This document shows positions 62,955-64,000 of a stretch of 64,000 nt of DNA, one piece after another. The stretch lies in NCBI GenBank assembly GCA_038087875.1, contig CM075990.1:7440001-7504000 (forward strand). The letters run 5' to 3'. The notes under the pieces are model-generated. The model did no database searches and was not told the origin of the DNA. It saw only the letters and a program-made list of their open reading frames with translations. Source of the stretch: Malacoraja senta. Lineage: Eukaryota. Both the position numbers and the translations under genes were made by a program. The stretch's first letter is position 1. Every line of letters starts with the position of its first letter.

Positions 62955-63141
62955 CATTGGGAAGGTGGTGTTGTGTTGAGCCACTTTCTTGAATCATTGA
63001 AGTGCCTCTGATGACGGATCTATCGCTGTGCTGTTGAGTGTCAGATATCACACAGGACAATGGCCGTAGAGTGAATAAGAAATAAGTCCTGGAAAAAGTC
63101 ACGAGCAGGACCGCAGATAAGTTCCCAGATAAATTCCTGCA

Positions 63142-63612
63142 AGGTTAATTCCCGGGATGGCGGGACTGTCATTTGCTTAGAGAACGGAGCGGCTGGGGTT
63201 GTATACTCTGGAATTTAGAAGGATGAGAGGGCATCTTATTGAAACATATAAGATTATGAAGGGTTTGGACACGCTAGAGGCAGGAAACATGTTCTCGATG
63301 TTGGGGGTGTCCAGAACCAGGGGCCACAGTTTAAGAATAAGGGATAAGCAATTTAGAACGGAGACGAGGAAACACTTTTTCTCACAGAGAGTTGTGAGTC
63401 TGTGGAATTCTCTGCCTCAAAGGGCAGTGGAGGTTGGTTCTCTGGATACTTTCAAGAGAGAGCTAGATAGGGCTCTTAACGATAGCGGAGTCAGGGGATA
63501 TGGGGAGAAGGCAGGAACGGGGTACTGATTGGGGATGATCAGCCATGATCACATTAATGGCGGTGCTGGCTCGAAGGGCCGAATGGCCTACTCCTGCACC
63601 TATTGTCTATAT
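63142..63612 (+). mobile_element. CR1 LINE 3' fragment
   Basis: LYTLEFRRMRGHLIETYKIMKGLD...FFSQRVVSLWNSLPQRAVE. Confidence 0.9.
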
Positions 63613-64000
63613 AAAATGATGGCGTGCATCCCAAGAGTTTGAAGGAGGTGGCTATGGTATTAATGGTAGTCTTCTTCAAGCAATCCATAGATTCTGGGGT
63701 GACTCCTACAGATTGCAAACTAGCAAATGTAACCACGTTATTTAAGAATGGGGGTAGTGGGAATAAGCCACAGAACTTAGGACCCGAGAACCAGACATCA
63801 GTAGCAGGGAAATGGTGGAATCTATTATCAGGCAAGTGACAGCAGGGTTGTCATTTTTTAAATCGTAATAGGATTGGGCAGGACCAACATGGATTTATGT
63901 AAGAAATCATGTTTGACTAATCACCTAATTTTATGTTTAAGTTGTAGCTGAGCAAAATGGAATAGGGGTGGGTATAGGAAGATCTGAGAAATTTGGACAT

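Larger units (their letters stand above)
13915..64000 (+). other. NRG3: NRG3 intron 1 (continues beyond the window)
   Basis: Consensus GTAAGT donor at 13915-13920. No EGF-domain exon (HFKPC...YCLNDGEC type) was found downstream. NRG3 introns are known to be very large. Confidence 0.75.

Overview
Eukaryotic, repeat-dense vertebrate DNA with seven N gaps. The repeat content (HE1-like V-SINEs, CR1/HER1-type LINEs, Rex1, L1, RTE, Penelope-like elements) points to a cartilaginous fish, probably a skate or ray (inference). The only host gene I can support is the first coding exon of neuregulin-3 (NRG3, + strand, 13222-13914), with a GC-rich promoter region upstream and about 50 kb of intron 1 downstream. 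No EGF-domain exon is visible. As assembled, this exon has an apparent 1-bp deletion near 13580 that moves the conserved NRG3 C-terminal motif into another frame. The most striking non-genic system is a family of Penelope-derived terminal repeats carrying minimal hammerhead-ribozyme motifs (CTGAAGA-stem-GAAACGT[C/T]). Many occur as short fold-back insertions with 10-16 bp target-site duplications (TSDs), and several lie on the NRG3 sense strand. Also present are Harbinger-like MITEs with TAA TSDs, a hAT-like non-autonomous element, two ancient degenerate tandem arrays flanking the promoter, and several repeat-free, motif-rich enhancer candidates. Repeat boundaries are approximate unless a TSD is given. 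No database searches were run.
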